64,000 bases of DNA, taken from the NCBI GenBank assembly GCA_965248055.1, contig CBDFIJ010000004.1:160001-224000 (forward strand), written 5' to 3'. Positions 9,877-20,472 of this stretch are shown here, piece by piece (the first letter of the stretch is position 1; every line of letters starts with the position of its first letter). A program made the position numbers and the translations under genes. The notes beneath the pieces are model-generated. The model ran no database searches. It had not been told where the DNA came from and was given only the letters and a program-made list of their open reading frames with translations. The DNA is from Candidatus Multivoradales bacterium (GTDB taxonomy: Bacteria; Acidobacteriota; Thermoanaerobaculia; Multivoradales; JAHEKO01).

Positions 9877-11247
9877 CTACCCTGTGTCGCGATCGATCCC
9901 GTACTGCTGCATCTTCTTATATAGGTTGGATCGAGGGGTCGAGATCGCTTTGGCAGTCTGGGTTACATTCCAGTCGTGCTCGGTCAGTTTTTGCCGTAGG
10001 TAAGCCTCTTCCGAAAGTTCGCGGAACTCTTTGAGGGTGGCAACGGAATAGAGCCCACCGAGCTGCGCGTCGCCACTGTGCGACGAGCCTGCGATCGACA
10101 GATCCTGGGCCTGAATCACCTCGCCAGGTGAGAGGATCACCAGTCGCTCAACCAAGTTCTTGAGTTCACGAACGTTGCCCGGCCAGGGCATCGCGGTGAG
10201 CGCGTTTAGTGCGTCGGGCGAGAATCCGGTCTTAGCCGCCCCATAGCGATCGGCAAACAGACGAAGGAAGTAGTCAGCGAGTTCGGCGATGTCGCTGCCC
10301 CGCTCGCGCAATGGCGGAGTTGACGCTGGCACCACGTTCAGTCGGTAAAACAGATCCTCTCGAAATCCGCCGGTCTCGATTTCCTTTTCAAGATCCTTGT
10401 TGGTGGCGGCGATCACCCGAACGTTAACCCGAACCACCTGTTCGGTGCCGATCCGCTCCAGTTCCCCGCTCTGCAGGACTCGCAGCACCTTGGCCTGGGT
10501 GCGAGCCGACATATCGCCCACTTCATCGAGAAAAATGGTGCCGCGATCCGCCGCCACAAACTTCCCCACTTGCTTGCGAATGGCACCGGTAAAGCTGCCC
10601 TTTTCATGACCAAACAGTTCCGACTCGATCAACTCCTCGGGAATCGCCGCGCAGTTCACCTGCACCATCGGGCGGGCGCGGCGCTTACTCAGGGCATGAA
10701 TCTCCGCTGCCACTAATTCCTTTCCAGTGCCGCTCTCTCCGGTAATCAAGACCGTGGCTTCGGTGGGCGCCGCTCGCTCGATCAATTTGCGCAGTTCCTG
10801 CATCGGACCGGAGCTACCGATCATCGGATCCGCGCCTCCAGGACCCCGCCGGACCTCTTGATTCAAGCGCCGGTTTTCGACCGCATTGCGCAAGCTCAAC
10901 AAGACTCGCTCGCGCTCCAAAGGTTTCTCGAGAAAATCGAAAGCACCTCTGCGGGTGGCTTCGACCGCGGTGGAGACGTCTCCGTGTCCGGTAATCATCA
11001 TCACCGGCAAGGACTCGCCAGCTTCGTGAATCCGCTGCAGCACTTCCATGCCATCGATATCCGGCATCTTGATGTCGAGAAAAACTGCATCCGGCGGCTG
11101 CTTCTTAATCTTGACCAGCGCCTCGTGGCCACCGGCGGCCTCTCGGACCTCGTAGCCCTCGTGTTCCAGAATCATCCGCAGACTGCTGCGGATCCCGTCT
11201 TCGTCGTCAACGATCAAAACCGTTGCTAGTTGTCTGTTCTTGCTCAT
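9877..11247 (-). CDS. sigma-54-dependent response regulator (NtrC/NtrX family)
   Basis: Receiver (VDDE, LDIKMP), Walker A GESGTGKE, GSFTGA, FLDEVG, WPGNVREL, Fis-type HTH. No kinase adjacent in the window. Confidence 0.95.
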   Translation of the reverse strand: MSKNRQLATVLIVDDEDGIRSSLRMILEHEGYEVREAAGGHEALVKIKKQPPDAVFLDIKMPDIDGMEVLQRIHEAGESLPVMMITGHGDVSTAVEATRRGAFDFLEKPLERERVLLSLRNAVENRRLNQEVRRGPGGADPMIGSSGPMQELRKLIERAAPTEATVLITGESGTGKELVAAEIHALSKRRARPMVQVNCAAIPEELIESELFGHEKGSFTGAIRKQVGKFVAADRGTIFLDEVGDMSARTQAKVLRVLQSGELERIGTEQVVRVNVRVIAATNKDLEKEIETGGFREDLFYRLNVVPASTPPLRERGSDIAELADYFLRLFADRYGAAKTGFSPDALNALTAMPWPGNVRELKNLVERLVILSPGEVIQAQDLSIAGSSHSGDAQLGGLYSVATLKEFRELSEEAYLRQKLTEHDWNVTQTAKAISTPRSNLYKKMQQYGIDRDTG

Positions 11248-11426
11248 CTTGCCGAGTCTACGACGAGTTCCACTGGGCGGGGGAAAACGCCGAAAGATGC
11301 ACGGACTCCACCAGCGCACGGACGACCCATGGACTGCGTCCTTGTGTCGCCAAGAGCGCCGACTGAAATGGCTCTAGACCAATACGCGACCGGGTGTTCT
11401 GAGATCTGAGATCTGAAAATGCCGAC

Positions 11427-12944
11427 CTAGGGCACCTTAGGAAAGGCAAACAACGGTGGCCACTCCTGGCCCCCTTGTTGGAAACGACGCACGTAGACCC
11501 TAACTCGGTTGCCCGAAGAGGTTGCATTGATTGCCCGCTCAAACTCGGAGACCGAACCGATTGATTCACCGTTGACACTGGTGATCACCTGCACCAAGCC
11601 TGGAGTCGTGCGCACCCCATCATCGTAGAACGGGCTGTCTGGCGCGACGTCCACAATCAGTACACCTCGCAAATCATCCGGCAAACCGTGAGCTCGGCTC
11701 ATCGCAGCATCCATGTCCTGATAGCGGAGTCCCATCCAGGACAAACCGCTGGGCTCAACTTCTCCCACGGCTTGTTGAGCATTGATCGCTTCTCGCTCAG
11801 CAAGCTGAACCGTGGTCTCGAAATCCTCGCCGCCGCGTACTCCGCGCAGCGACACCTTCACGTCAGGCCCCAAATCGGAGACATAGTCGATTAGCTCTCG
11901 AGTCTCACCCAGCTTGCGACCGTCGACCTCTAACAGGACATCACCAACCAGCAATCCAGCCTGGTCAGCTGGAGTCCCGCTGTTGACCTCACTCACCAGA
12001 ATGCCTGATCCCGGTTCGAGCCCGTACGCTTCGGCAGCCCGGTAGTCCATTTCTCGAATCTGGATACCCAGGTAACCGCGCCGCACCCTGCCCTCGTCGC
12101 GCAGCTGCGGGAGAATTCGCGCCAGGGTGTTGGCTGGAACCGCAAAGCCGATGTTCTCTGAGCCGTAGTTGACCGCAGTGTTGATGCCGATCACCTCGCC
12201 ACGCAGGTTGACCAAGGGGCCTCCGGAGTTACCAAAATTGATCGCTGCATCAGTCTGGATGTAGTTGGAGAACGAAGAATCGCCGATCGGTACCCGACGA
12301 CCTTTGGCGCTGACCACGCCAACCGTCACCGAGTTCTCCAAGCCACCGGGGCTGCCGATCGCCATCACCCACTCACCGGGTCGAACCCCGGCGGAATCCC
12401 CGATCGGCAAGACTGGCAAATCATCGCCGGCGTCAATCCGCAGCAAAGCCAAGTCGGTTTCCGGATCAACGCCAACCACTTCTGCTTGGTGTGTGCGGTC
12501 ACCGAGCGAAACCTCAATCTTGTTCGCTCCTTCAACCACATGATTATTGGTGACGATCAAGCCGCTGGGATCGACAACGAAACCAGAGCCGCCTCCATCC
12601 CGTCGCCGCTCAGGCTGTCCCTCCTGCTGCCGTTCCCGAGGACGACCAAAAAGATCATTGAAGAAATCCTGGGGAGAGGGTCGCTGTTCGTCGGACCAAC
12701 TTGCGACCGTGACCAGCACCACCGCTGGGGAGACCTGCTCCGCCAACGATGCGAAATCAGGGAAACTGCCCGGAGTGGCCAACGGAGTGGTGATCCTTTG
12801 GGGAACCTGAACCCTATCTTGAGTGCGTACTTCGGAGGCTTGAGAAGTGCTGAAGCCACCGCCGAAGATCAGGGCAAGGCAAACGAATGCCAAAAGCCCA
12901 GAGAAGATCGCAAATGGTCGATGTTGTGGTTGAGTGTTTAGCAT
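11427..12944 (-). CDS. degP: DegP/HtrA (Do family) serine protease with two PDZ domains
   Basis: N-terminal hydrophobic signal, GSGF, TNNHV, DLALL, INFGNSGG, two PDZ regions. Confidence 0.93.
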   Translation of the reverse strand: MLNTQPQHRPFAIFSGLLAFVCLALIFGGGFSTSQASEVRTQDRVQVPQRITTPLATPGSFPDFASLAEQVSPAVVLVTVASWSDEQRPSPQDFFNDLFGRPRERQQEGQPERRRDGGGSGFVVDPSGLIVTNNHVVEGANKIEVSLGDRTHQAEVVGVDPETDLALLRIDAGDDLPVLPIGDSAGVRPGEWVMAIGSPGGLENSVTVGVVSAKGRRVPIGDSSFSNYIQTDAAINFGNSGGPLVNLRGEVIGINTAVNYGSENIGFAVPANTLARILPQLRDEGRVRRGYLGIQIREMDYRAAEAYGLEPGSGILVSEVNSGTPADQAGLLVGDVLLEVDGRKLGETRELIDYVSDLGPDVKVSLRGVRGGEDFETTVQLAEREAINAQQAVGEVEPSGLSWMGLRYQDMDAAMSRAHGLPDDLRGVLIVDVAPDSPFYDDGVRTTPGLVQVITSVNGESIGSVSEFERAINATSSGNRVRVYVRRFQQGGQEWPPLFAFPKVP

Positions 12945-13158
12945 GAATATCTTGTCCTTACTCTCGCTGTTAAAACGCTGTCGGTCCGCCCGGTCGTCAC
13001 AAAGCGCACCGGGGCGCATCCCTTCGATATCTGATAGCAAGCGTCATGCCTGCCAGACTGCTGACTAAAAGAGCTGCAAATTGCTAGCGGGATAGCGAGC
13101 GAGTTGCTTGCGATCCAGCCTTTCGTCCCCTTATACTCCGTTGTGCGTGGTGAGGTCT

Positions 13159-13190
13159 GGGGAGTGGGCGGGAGCCCACCCCTTTTTTTT
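13159..13190 (+). promoter_or_regulatory. rimP leader: terminator-like attenuator hairpin
   Basis: GGGGAGTGGGC-GGGA-GCCCACCCC followed by 8 T just upstream of rimP, matching the known GGGC..GCCC rimP leader. Confidence 0.85.
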
Positions 13191-13243
13191 GACTTTAGAA
13201 ATCGCAACGAGAAGGTTAACAAGAAACATATTTGACTCGAAAG

Positions 13244-13696
13244 ATGCCCGGTCTACCATCCGACTTACGCCAAGAACTGGAGCTCGCAGTTGAAGACTGC
13301 TGCTGTGTTCTGATTCACCTAGATTACCAGGGGAACCTGTTGCGGGTGATGATCGAAAACCCAGAGGAAACCACGGTTTCCGACTGCGAGCGTGTCTCGA
13401 GACGAATTTCGCCGATTCTCGATGTCCATGAATTTGGCACCCGTAAATACCTATTGGAAGTCACCTCCCCTGGGCTCGACCGACCGCTCTTTGGACCGAA
13501 AGACTACCAACGTTTTGCTGGACGCACAGTCAAGGTGCAATGGCAAAACGAAGAAGGCAAAAGGACTGACACCGGCGTTTTGTCGGACTTCCATGCTCAG
13601 CGCGATGAGGCGCTGCGCTTGGTCGACGAGCAAGACCACCTGCTAAGAATTCCTGTCGACGCAGTCCTCAACGCTAGATTAGAAATCGAACTGTAG
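13244..13696 (+). CDS. rimP: ribosome maturation factor RimP
   Basis: DCERVSR..ILD, YLLEVTSPGLDRPL; directly before nusA. Confidence 0.95.
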   Translation: MPGLPSDLRQELELAVEDCCCVLIHLDYQGNLLRVMIENPEETTVSDCERVSRRISPILDVHEFGTRKYLLEVTSPGLDRPLFGPKDYQRFAGRTVKVQWQNEEGKRTDTGVLSDFHAQRDEALRLVDEQDHLLRIPVDAVLNARLEIEL

Positions 13697-13707
13697 GAGT
13701 ACGACTG

Positions 13708-15147
13708 ATGGCAACCGCACAAACGCCGAGCATCAATTTTCGCGAAGTATTGCGTCAAGTTGCGTTTGAAAAAGACATTGACCTGGATCACTGGGTCTCG
13801 GCCCTGGAAGACGCCATGGCGTCAGCCGCCAAAAAACAACATCACATCAAAGAGCCGGTCCGCGCGACTCTCGATCCGGACACCGGCGAATTTGAAGCGT
13901 TCATCGTCCGACAAGTGGTTGAAGAGGTTGAAGATCCCTTTGCCGAATGGACTCTGGAAGAAGCTCAGGAGCACGATCCAGATGCCGAGATCGGGGTCAA
14001 TATCGAGATTCCCCTTTCCACCGAAGGACTGGGACGGATCGCCGCGCAATCCGCCAAGCAGGTGCTGTTTCAGCGCATCCGTGAGGCCGAGCGCGAGAAG
14101 ATTCATGACGAGTACATCGACCGTATCGGAGAAGTTCTCACCGGTACCGTGAAACGCTTTGATCGTGGCGAAGTGATCGTCGATCTGGGACGCGTCGAGG
14201 CCGCTGTACCCCGCTCTGAGCAGTCTCGTTTTGAACGCTACAACCCAGGCGAGCGAATTCGCGCGGTGTTGGTCGACGTTCACACCAAGCCCAAGGGAGC
14301 CCAAGTGGTGCTCTCGCGGACCGACCCGCGATTGCTCACCAAGTTCTTTGAGATGGAGGTGCCCGAGATTTACGACGGCACGGTCCAGATCAAAGCGGCA
14401 GTCCGCGCCCCAGGCGAACGCGCCAAAGTGGCAGTTGTCAGCCGCGAGCGGGATGTCGATCCGGTCGGCGCGTGCGTCGGTATGAAGGGTTCTCGAGTGC
14501 AAGCGATCATTCGCGAACTGAGAGGGGAAAAGATCGACATCATCGAGTGGAGTGATGACTTGGTAACTCTCGCCCAAGCGGCACTGGCTCCGGCCAGGAT
14601 TACTCGGGTCTCGGTTACCCATCACGAGGATGGCCCTCACCTCGATGTGATCGTGGAAGACGAGCAGCTTTCTCTGGCCATCGGTCGCCGCGGACAAAAC
14701 GTCCGGCTAGCTTCTGAACTGCTGAGAGCGCGAATCGACATTAAGAGCGAAAGCGATGTCAAAGATGAGGTCACCGACGCTCTCGCTAAGATGCTGCAGA
14801 CCGCCATGGCGGAAGAGGAAGCTAAGGACGAGGTCGTTGCCGAGTTCAGCCTTACCGATATCCCTGGGGTCGGCGCCAAAACCGCCGAAGCCCTGGAAAA
14901 GGGCGACTACACATCGGCGGCTGACTTTGCCAGTGCTTCCGCCGAAGACTTGGTAACGATTGATGGCGTCGGGCCAGCCCTGGCAGAGAAAATCGTTGCT
15001 TGGGCGCAAGAGCAAGGAAGTGCCGAACCAGTCTCCTTCCCGGGGGTTGGCAGCAGCACCGCTCCCCCGGCGATGGCGGACCAAGACTTTATGGCGGCTT
15101 TGAACCGTGCGTTTGAAGAGTCGGCGGGCGGAGAAGAGGAAGAGTAG
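13708..15147 (+). CDS. nusA: transcription termination factor NusA
   Basis: GRIAAQSAKQ, S1 domain, DPVGACVG, LAIGRRGQNVRLA, C-terminal HhH motifs. Confidence 0.98.
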   Translation: MATAQTPSINFREVLRQVAFEKDIDLDHWVSALEDAMASAAKKQHHIKEPVRATLDPDTGEFEAFIVRQVVEEVEDPFAEWTLEEAQEHDPDAEIGVNIEIPLSTEGLGRIAAQSAKQVLFQRIREAEREKIHDEYIDRIGEVLTGTVKRFDRGEVIVDLGRVEAAVPRSEQSRFERYNPGERIRAVLVDVHTKPKGAQVVLSRTDPRLLTKFFEMEVPEIYDGTVQIKAAVRAPGERAKVAVVSRERDVDPVGACVGMKGSRVQAIIRELRGEKIDIIEWSDDLVTLAQAALAPARITRVSVTHHEDGPHLDVIVEDEQLSLAIGRRGQNVRLASELLRARIDIKSESDVKDEVTDALAKMLQTAMAEEEAKDEVVAEFSLTDIPGVGAKTAEALEKGDYTSAADFASASAEDLVTIDGVGPALAEKIVAWAQEQGSAEPVSFPGVGSSTAPPAMADQDFMAALNRAFEESAGGEEEE

Positions 15148-15200
15148 CCAGACGTGCGTAAGGCAGTCAAAAGAGCCATACCGCAAAGCGGAAGGACGTA

Positions 15201-17495
15201 ATGGGAAAGATTCCGGTCAAACAACTAGCACAGGCGATGGGCCTCTCTGAGCAGGACCTGCTGTTCAAACTCAAAGGGATTGGGGTCCTGGTCAACGAGA
15301 AAGATCCGCACATCGACTCGGAAGCGGTGCAAGCACTGCTCGCGGGTAAGCAGGTCTCTCAGCAACCACGTGACGTCATCCTTCGTGACGCTGCGGCCTC
15401 CAAGCACATTCCTCCCCCGAAGACCAAGGTGGTACGACGGATGCCGACGATGCCGCAACGTCCGCAACGACGTCGGCCCGCTATCGTGCAAAAAGCCAAC
15501 ACCCAGATCAAGACCATCCCCTCGACCCGGCCAGCAACTCCACCACCAACCGCTACTCCAGTCGCCCCTGCGCCTGCAGCCCCGGTCAGCGAGGAGAAAA
15601 CTGCGGTTGAAGCACAGCAGCCCGGCGTCACCACCGCCACGCCAGTACCGACTCAACCGGTCGAGGTGGTCGAGACCAAAGCCCGTCGGCGCAAGAAACA
15701 GTCCTCCTCCGCCAGTCTGGCGGTCAACCCTCCGGTAACGCCGGTACCGCTATCCGAAGCGATGACCGTGCGCGACCTCGCCGAAGACCTCGGAGTGCGA
15801 GCCAAGGATCTGCTCTCTCATTTGTTCGGACAAGGTTTGATGATGACCATCAACCAAACCTTGGACGTAGAAATCGCTGCGGAAATCCTGGATGGCCTGG
15901 AGCTCGAGTACGAACAGTTGACCTTCGAGGAATCTGTCCAGCGCGATGAACAGGCAAGCGAAGGCGATACCGAGGCTGATTTGGTACTCCGCGCTCCGGT
16001 GATCACCATCATGGGTCATGTCGACCACGGAAAGACCACACTGTTGGACGGTATTCGTTCCTCCAAGGTGGTCGAAGGCGAGCACGGCGGCATCACCCAG
16101 CACATTGGCGCCTATCAGATTGAGTACCACGGCAAGAAACTGGTATTCCTCGACACCCCGGGTCATGAAGCGTTCACCCGCATGCGTGCTCGCGGCGCCC
16201 AGGCTACCGACATCGTGGTGTTGGTGGTAGCCGCGGACGACGGCGTAATGCCGCAGACCAAAGAAGCCATCGACCACGCCCAGGCGGCCGGAGTGCCGAT
16301 CGTCGTGGCAATGAACAAAATTGACAAGAACAACGCCAATCCGGATCGCCTCAAGCAGGGGCTGTCGGAGAACGGGCTAGTCGTCGAGGACTGGGGCGGC
16401 GACATTGTCTGTGTGCCGATGTCGGCGGTCAAACGCGAAGGCATCGACGAGTTGCTGGAGATCTTGGTGCTGACGGCCGATCTCTTGGAGCTCAAGGCCA
16501 CCCCGGACAAGCAGGCCCAAGGCGTGGTTCTCGAAGCGCGTAAGGAAACCGGGCGCGGCAACGTGGCAACCGTCTTAGTGCAGGAAGGCACGCTCAACAC
16601 GTCGGACATCTTTGTCGCCGGCGCCATTTGGGGTCGAGTGCGTTCGATGACCAACGATCTAGGAAAACGCATCAAGCATGCCGAACCGGCAACACCGGTT
16701 GAGGTGACTGGATTCAGCGGCTTGCCAGAGGCCGGAGATACCTTCCAGGTGGTCACCGATGAGTCGCAGGCGCGCAGCATCGTTGAATTCCGCCAGCAGG
16801 AGCAACGCGAGCGCCAGTTGGGTGAGGGTGAGGGCAAGACCTCGCTGGACCAACTGTTTGCCCGTATGCAGGCCGGGGTGGTTCAGGAACTGCCGGTGAT
16901 CATCAAAGCCGACGTACGCGGTTCAGCGGAAGTCTTGGCCGACACCATCGCCAAACTTTCAACCGACAAGGTTCAGGTGAAGACCATCAGCTCTGGGATT
17001 GGTGCGATCACGACCAATGACGTACTCCTGGCGTCGGCCTCCAACGCGATCATCATCGGCTTCAATGTCCGACCTGAGAAAAACGCCCGCGACTTGGCAG
17101 AGCAAGAAGAAGTCGAGATTCGCCAGCATCGTGTGATCTACGAACTGACCGATGAAATCAAGAACGCCATGCTCGGCATTTTGCCGCCGACGTTCCAGGA
17201 GAAACTCCTCGGCCAGGCGGAGATCCGCGAACTGTTCAAGGTACCCAAAGTCGGGCAGGTGGCGGGTTGTCATGTGACCGAGGGAACCATCACCCGCAAG
17301 GCTGGGGTTCGCCTGCTACGTGACAACGTGGTGATTCATGAGGGCAAAATCGGTGCTTTGAGGCGCTTCAAAGACGACGCCTCGGAAGTTAGAGCTGGCT
17401 TCGACTGTGGAATCCGCTTGGAGTCCTACCAAGACTTCAAACCTGGTGACATCATCGAAGCCTTCGTCCAAGAAGAGATCGCTCCGACGCTCTAG
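15201..17495 (+). CDS. infB: translation initiation factor IF-2
   Basis: [31 protein letters not shown]. Confidence 0.98.
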   Translation: MGKIPVKQLAQAMGLSEQDLLFKLKGIGVLVNEKDPHIDSEAVQALLAGKQVSQQPRDVILRDAAASKHIPPPKTKVVRRMPTMPQRPQRRRPAIVQKANTQIKTIPSTRPATPPPTATPVAPAPAAPVSEEKTAVEAQQPGVTTATPVPTQPVEVVETKARRRKKQSSSASLAVNPPVTPVPLSEAMTVRDLAEDLGVRAKDLLSHLFGQGLMMTINQTLDVEIAAEILDGLELEYEQLTFEESVQRDEQASEGDTEADLVLRAPVITIMGHVDHGKTTLLDGIRSSKVVEGEHGGITQHIGAYQIEYHGKKLVFLDTPGHEAFTRMRARGAQATDIVVLVVAADDGVMPQTKEAIDHAQAAGVPIVVAMNKIDKNNANPDRLKQGLSENGLVVEDWGGDIVCVPMSAVKREGIDELLEILVLTADLLELKATPDKQAQGVVLEARKETGRGNVATVLVQEGTLNTSDIFVAGAIWGRVRSMTNDLGKRIKHAEPATPVEVTGFSGLPEAGDTFQVVTDESQARSIVEFRQQEQRERQLGEGEGKTSLDQLFARMQAGVVQELPVIIKADVRGSAEVLADTIAKLSTDKVQVKTISSGIGAITTNDVLLASASNAIIIGFNVRPEKNARDLAEQEEVEIRQHRVIYELTDEIKNAMLGILPPTFQEKLLGQAEIRELFKVPKVGQVAGCHVTEGTITRKAGVRLLRDNVVIHEGKIGALRRFKDDASEVRAGFDCGIRLESYQDFKPGDIIEAFVQEEIAPTL

Positions 17496-17630
17496 TTCTT
17501 CGACTGGCAGCTGGTTCTGTTCGATGAGGGTGCCTGTGGGGCAGACTATTCTGACCCTAACAAGCGCTCGCGGAGTCTCTGTCGCCGCGCCTCAATGCCG
17601 AATTTCTGCCAAGACCAACACCAGCAAAAC

Positions 17631-17675
17631 ACCTACTACCCAAAAACCCTACTACCAAGAACCCTACTACCAAGT
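17631..17675. repeat. three tandem ~15-nt repeats (core CCTACTACC)
   Basis: ACCTACTACCCAAAA-ACCCTACTACCAAGA-ACCCTACTACCAAGT in the infB-rbfA spacer. Confidence 0.8.
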
Positions 17676-17730
17676 GTCACTGATTTGACCGTGCTAGCCA
17701 TACACCAAGACCCAATTCTCTGGGATCGCC

Positions 17731-18084
17731 ATGAGTCGTAGACAGCTTCGAGTTGAAGACTTGTTGCGCAGTGAGATCTCGGCGATTCTGCGCACCGAAG
17801 TCGCAGATCCTCGCGCCCGTCTGGCCAGTGTCAGTCGAGTTCACGTCAGCGCTGACCTCGGCCGCGCCGAGGTTTTCGTGTCGGTTTTGAGTGCTGTCGA
17901 AGCCGATACGCTAGAGCCTGCGCTGCAACACGCCGCCGGTTTTATTCGCAAACGGTTGGCCACTCGGCTCAAATCGATGAAGCGAATCCCGCTTCTGGTG
18001 TTCCACGCCGATCACGGCGCTGAGCACAGTCAGTACATCGAAGACCTGTTGCAAGAGATGAAGCATGAGCGTTCCGATCCCTGA
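17731..18084 (+). CDS. rbfA: 30S ribosome-binding factor A
   Basis: DPR..V.VSADL..A.VFVS, AAGFIRK, IP.L.F..D. Confidence 0.95.
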   Translation: MSRRQLRVEDLLRSEISAILRTEVADPRARLASVSRVHVSADLGRAEVFVSVLSAVEADTLEPALQHAAGFIRKRLATRLKSMKRIPLLVFHADHGAEHSQYIEDLLQEMKHERSDP

Positions 18085-19036
18085 ACAACTAGCCCACCGC
18101 TTGCTCGGCGCCCAGCAAGTTTTGATCACTAGCCATCGCAACCCCGACGGAGACGCTTTGGGTTCTTCGTTGGCTTTGCAGCAGATCTTGACGGCGCAGA
18201 ACATCGCGTCAACGGTTTGGTTGCGTGATCCGGTTCCCGCCAATCTCTCCACCTTGCCTGGATGTGAACGGGTACACAGTGGCGAGCGACCCCCCAAGAC
18301 CAGTTTCGACCTCGCGGTTGTTTTGGAGTGCCCAACTCCAGACCGCACCGGGATCGAGGACTTCCTGGCGCAACTGCCGATGATCAATATCGATCATCAT
18401 CTGGGCAATAGTGAATATGGGATCGAGAACTGGATCGATCCGTCCGCACCTTCGGTCGGTTGTTTGGTTTTCCGCCTGGCGAGCTCACTTTCCCACCCAG
18501 CCGGGGAAGACGCTTGGAACCTCCTGCTGGTCACTCTTTATACCGACACCGGCGGTTTCCGCTATGCCAACGCCAGCGAACAGGCATTCTCGGTCGCCGG
18601 CTCGTTGGTAGAAATGGGCGCCAATCCAGAGATGGTTTCCGGTTGGATTTATGAGAACCGGACCGCATCCTCGGTTCGCCTCTTGGCGCGAGCATTGGAG
18701 ACGCTGCAGATCCACCAGCAAGGACGGCTGGCGACCTTGCTGGTCGCCCAAACGATGTTGGACGGTTCAGCTCCTGGCGACACCGATGGAATTGTCGACC
18801 ATGCGCGATCGATCGCAGGCGTCGAAGCCGCAGCCCTGCTCAAAGAGGTCGACGGCGTCGGCATCAAAGTGTCGTTGCGCAGCAAAGGGCGCATCAGCGT
18901 CGAGCCGGTTGCGCGTGCTCAGGGCGGCGGAGGCCATGACAAGGCCGCCGGCTTTGAGCTCGCCACCCAAGATATCGAGGGCGCTCGCCGTCAGGTGGTT
19001 GAACTTCTGAAGAAGACGTTGGAGGGGAGCTCATAG
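18065..19036 (+). CDS. nrnA: DHH/DHHA1 oligoribonuclease / pAp phosphatase
   Basis: SHRNPDGDALGS, IDHH, TDTGGF, SLRS, GGGHDKAAG. Confidence 0.92.
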   Translation: MSVPIPEQLAHRLLGAQQVLITSHRNPDGDALGSSLALQQILTAQNIASTVWLRDPVPANLSTLPGCERVHSGERPPKTSFDLAVVLECPTPDRTGIEDFLAQLPMINIDHHLGNSEYGIENWIDPSAPSVGCLVFRLASSLSHPAGEDAWNLLLVTLYTDTGGFRYANASEQAFSVAGSLVEMGANPEMVSGWIYENRTASSVRLLARALETLQIHQQGRLATLLVAQTMLDGSAPGDTDGIVDHARSIAGVEAAALLKEVDGVGIKVSLRSKGRISVEPVARAQGGGGHDKAAGFELATQDIEGARRQVVELLKKTLEGSS

Positions 19037-19953
19037 TGTTGGACGGACTACTACTGATTGACAAGACCGGCGACTGCACTTCGCACGATGTGGTCCAACG
19101 AGCCCGTCGTGCGGTGGGACAAAAGAAGATCGGCCATTGTGGCACCCTCGACCCAACCGCCACTGGTCTCTTAGTCCTCACGTTGGGCAAAGCAACCCGG
19201 CTCACCCGATTCCTAATCCGAGCCCCAAAGGTCTACACCGGATCAGTCCAGTTCGGGCAGACTACCGACACCTGGGACGCCGCGGGAGAGATTGTCGAAG
19301 AGCGCCCCACCGACGGCCTCACGATGCCACAAATCGAACAGGTCGTGGCTGGATTTATCGGCGAATACGAACACCTGACCCCCGCCTACAGCGCAAAAAA
19401 ATCCGGCGGAGTCAAACGTTACGAAATGGCGCGGCGCGGCGAAGAGGTACCCGAAGAACGGAAAACGGTCAGTATCTATGCCTTTGAAGCCACCAGTGCA
19501 CTGGGGCCAGAGCAGCAAATTGATTTTCGCCTGGCGTGCGGATCCGGAACCTACGCCCGCAGCTTGGCCTATGAACTCGGCGAAGGTCTTGGCTGCGGTG
19601 CTCACCTGTCTGCTCTGCGGCGCACTGAGGTCGGGAACTTCTCGATCGAGGACTCAGCGACTGTCGGCGACCTGGAACAACAAGAATCCCCGATCGAAGC
19701 GGCGGTCGCCCAGCCGGGCTGGATTCCTTTCGACCAAATCAGCCTGCCGTTTGCCGCAGCCGGTCTCGACGGGCAACAAGAGCGGCGCATTTTGCACGGC
19801 CAAACGGTCTTGCTGCCTGGGCTGGATGCCGCGGCTGGCGACTGGATTCGGCTGGCCAACCGTCGCCAACAATTCATTGCGGTTGGAGCCGTGGTCGAGT
19901 TGATCGGGGCCAAGGGCTTGGCGGTTGTCCAACCGAAAATTGTTTTTACTTAG
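19036..19953 (+). CDS. truB: tRNA pseudouridine(55) synthase
   Basis: IDK..TSHDVV, GHCGTLDP, PAYSAKK, GTYARSL, LRRT. Confidence 0.96.
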   Translation: MLDGLLLIDKTGDCTSHDVVQRARRAVGQKKIGHCGTLDPTATGLLVLTLGKATRLTRFLIRAPKVYTGSVQFGQTTDTWDAAGEIVEERPTDGLTMPQIEQVVAGFIGEYEHLTPAYSAKKSGGVKRYEMARRGEEVPEERKTVSIYAFEATSALGPEQQIDFRLACGSGTYARSLAYELGEGLGCGAHLSALRRTEVGNFSIEDSATVGDLEQQESPIEAAVAQPGWIPFDQISLPFAAAGLDGQQERRILHGQTVLLPGLDAAAGDWIRLANRRQQFIAVGAVVELIGAKGLAVVQPKIVFT

Positions 19954-20099
19954 AGAAATTCTTGTGCCAGCGAGTGCCATCACCCTAGCCATTGGATTGG
20001 TCCATTGGGTAGGAACTTTCGAGCACAAGTTGACTGCTCAGTAACATCATTTCGTGATAAATTTATTGGTTGAAGATAAAGGGTTTGAAGGAGAAAGGT

Positions 20100-20357
20100 T
20101 TGTCGACAAAAGCACAAGTCGTAGAAGACTACAGAACACATGAGAATGACTCTGGATCCACCGAGGTCCAGGTTGCCTTGCTCACGCAACGCATTCAACA
20201 TCTCACCGAGCATTTCAAGGTCCACAAAAAGGATCATCATGGCCGTCGCGGCCTTTTGATCATGGTTGGACGCCGCCGCCGCCTGCTGGATTATCTAAAG
20301 CGGAAGGATCTCGCCCGTTATCGGACGTTGATCGAGCGGCTAGGCCTACGCAAGTAA
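20100..20357 (+). CDS. rpsO: 30S ribosomal protein S15
   Basis: [27 protein letters not shown] 20100 follows AAGGAG. Confidence 0.97.
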   Translation: MSTKAQVVEDYRTHENDSGSTEVQVALLTQRIQHLTEHFKVHKKDHHGRRGLLIMVGRRRRLLDYLKRKDLARYRTLIERLGLRK

Positions 20358-20472
20358 ACCGCTAGCTCGCCATTTCGAGACCGCGTTTGCGTCGGCCTAG
20401 AAGCCGGATCAATATCGGTGCGGAAACTGGTGGCGAGTCCTGCAGAAGTATGAAGATAAAAAAGGAATAAAT

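Noticed and set aside
17631-17675. Possible CRISPR array
   Set aside because: The repeats are contiguous 15-mers with no spacers, and there are no cas genes.
19954-20099. S15 autoregulatory leader RNA
   Set aside because: The position is plausible, but I could not identify a supportable structure by eye.
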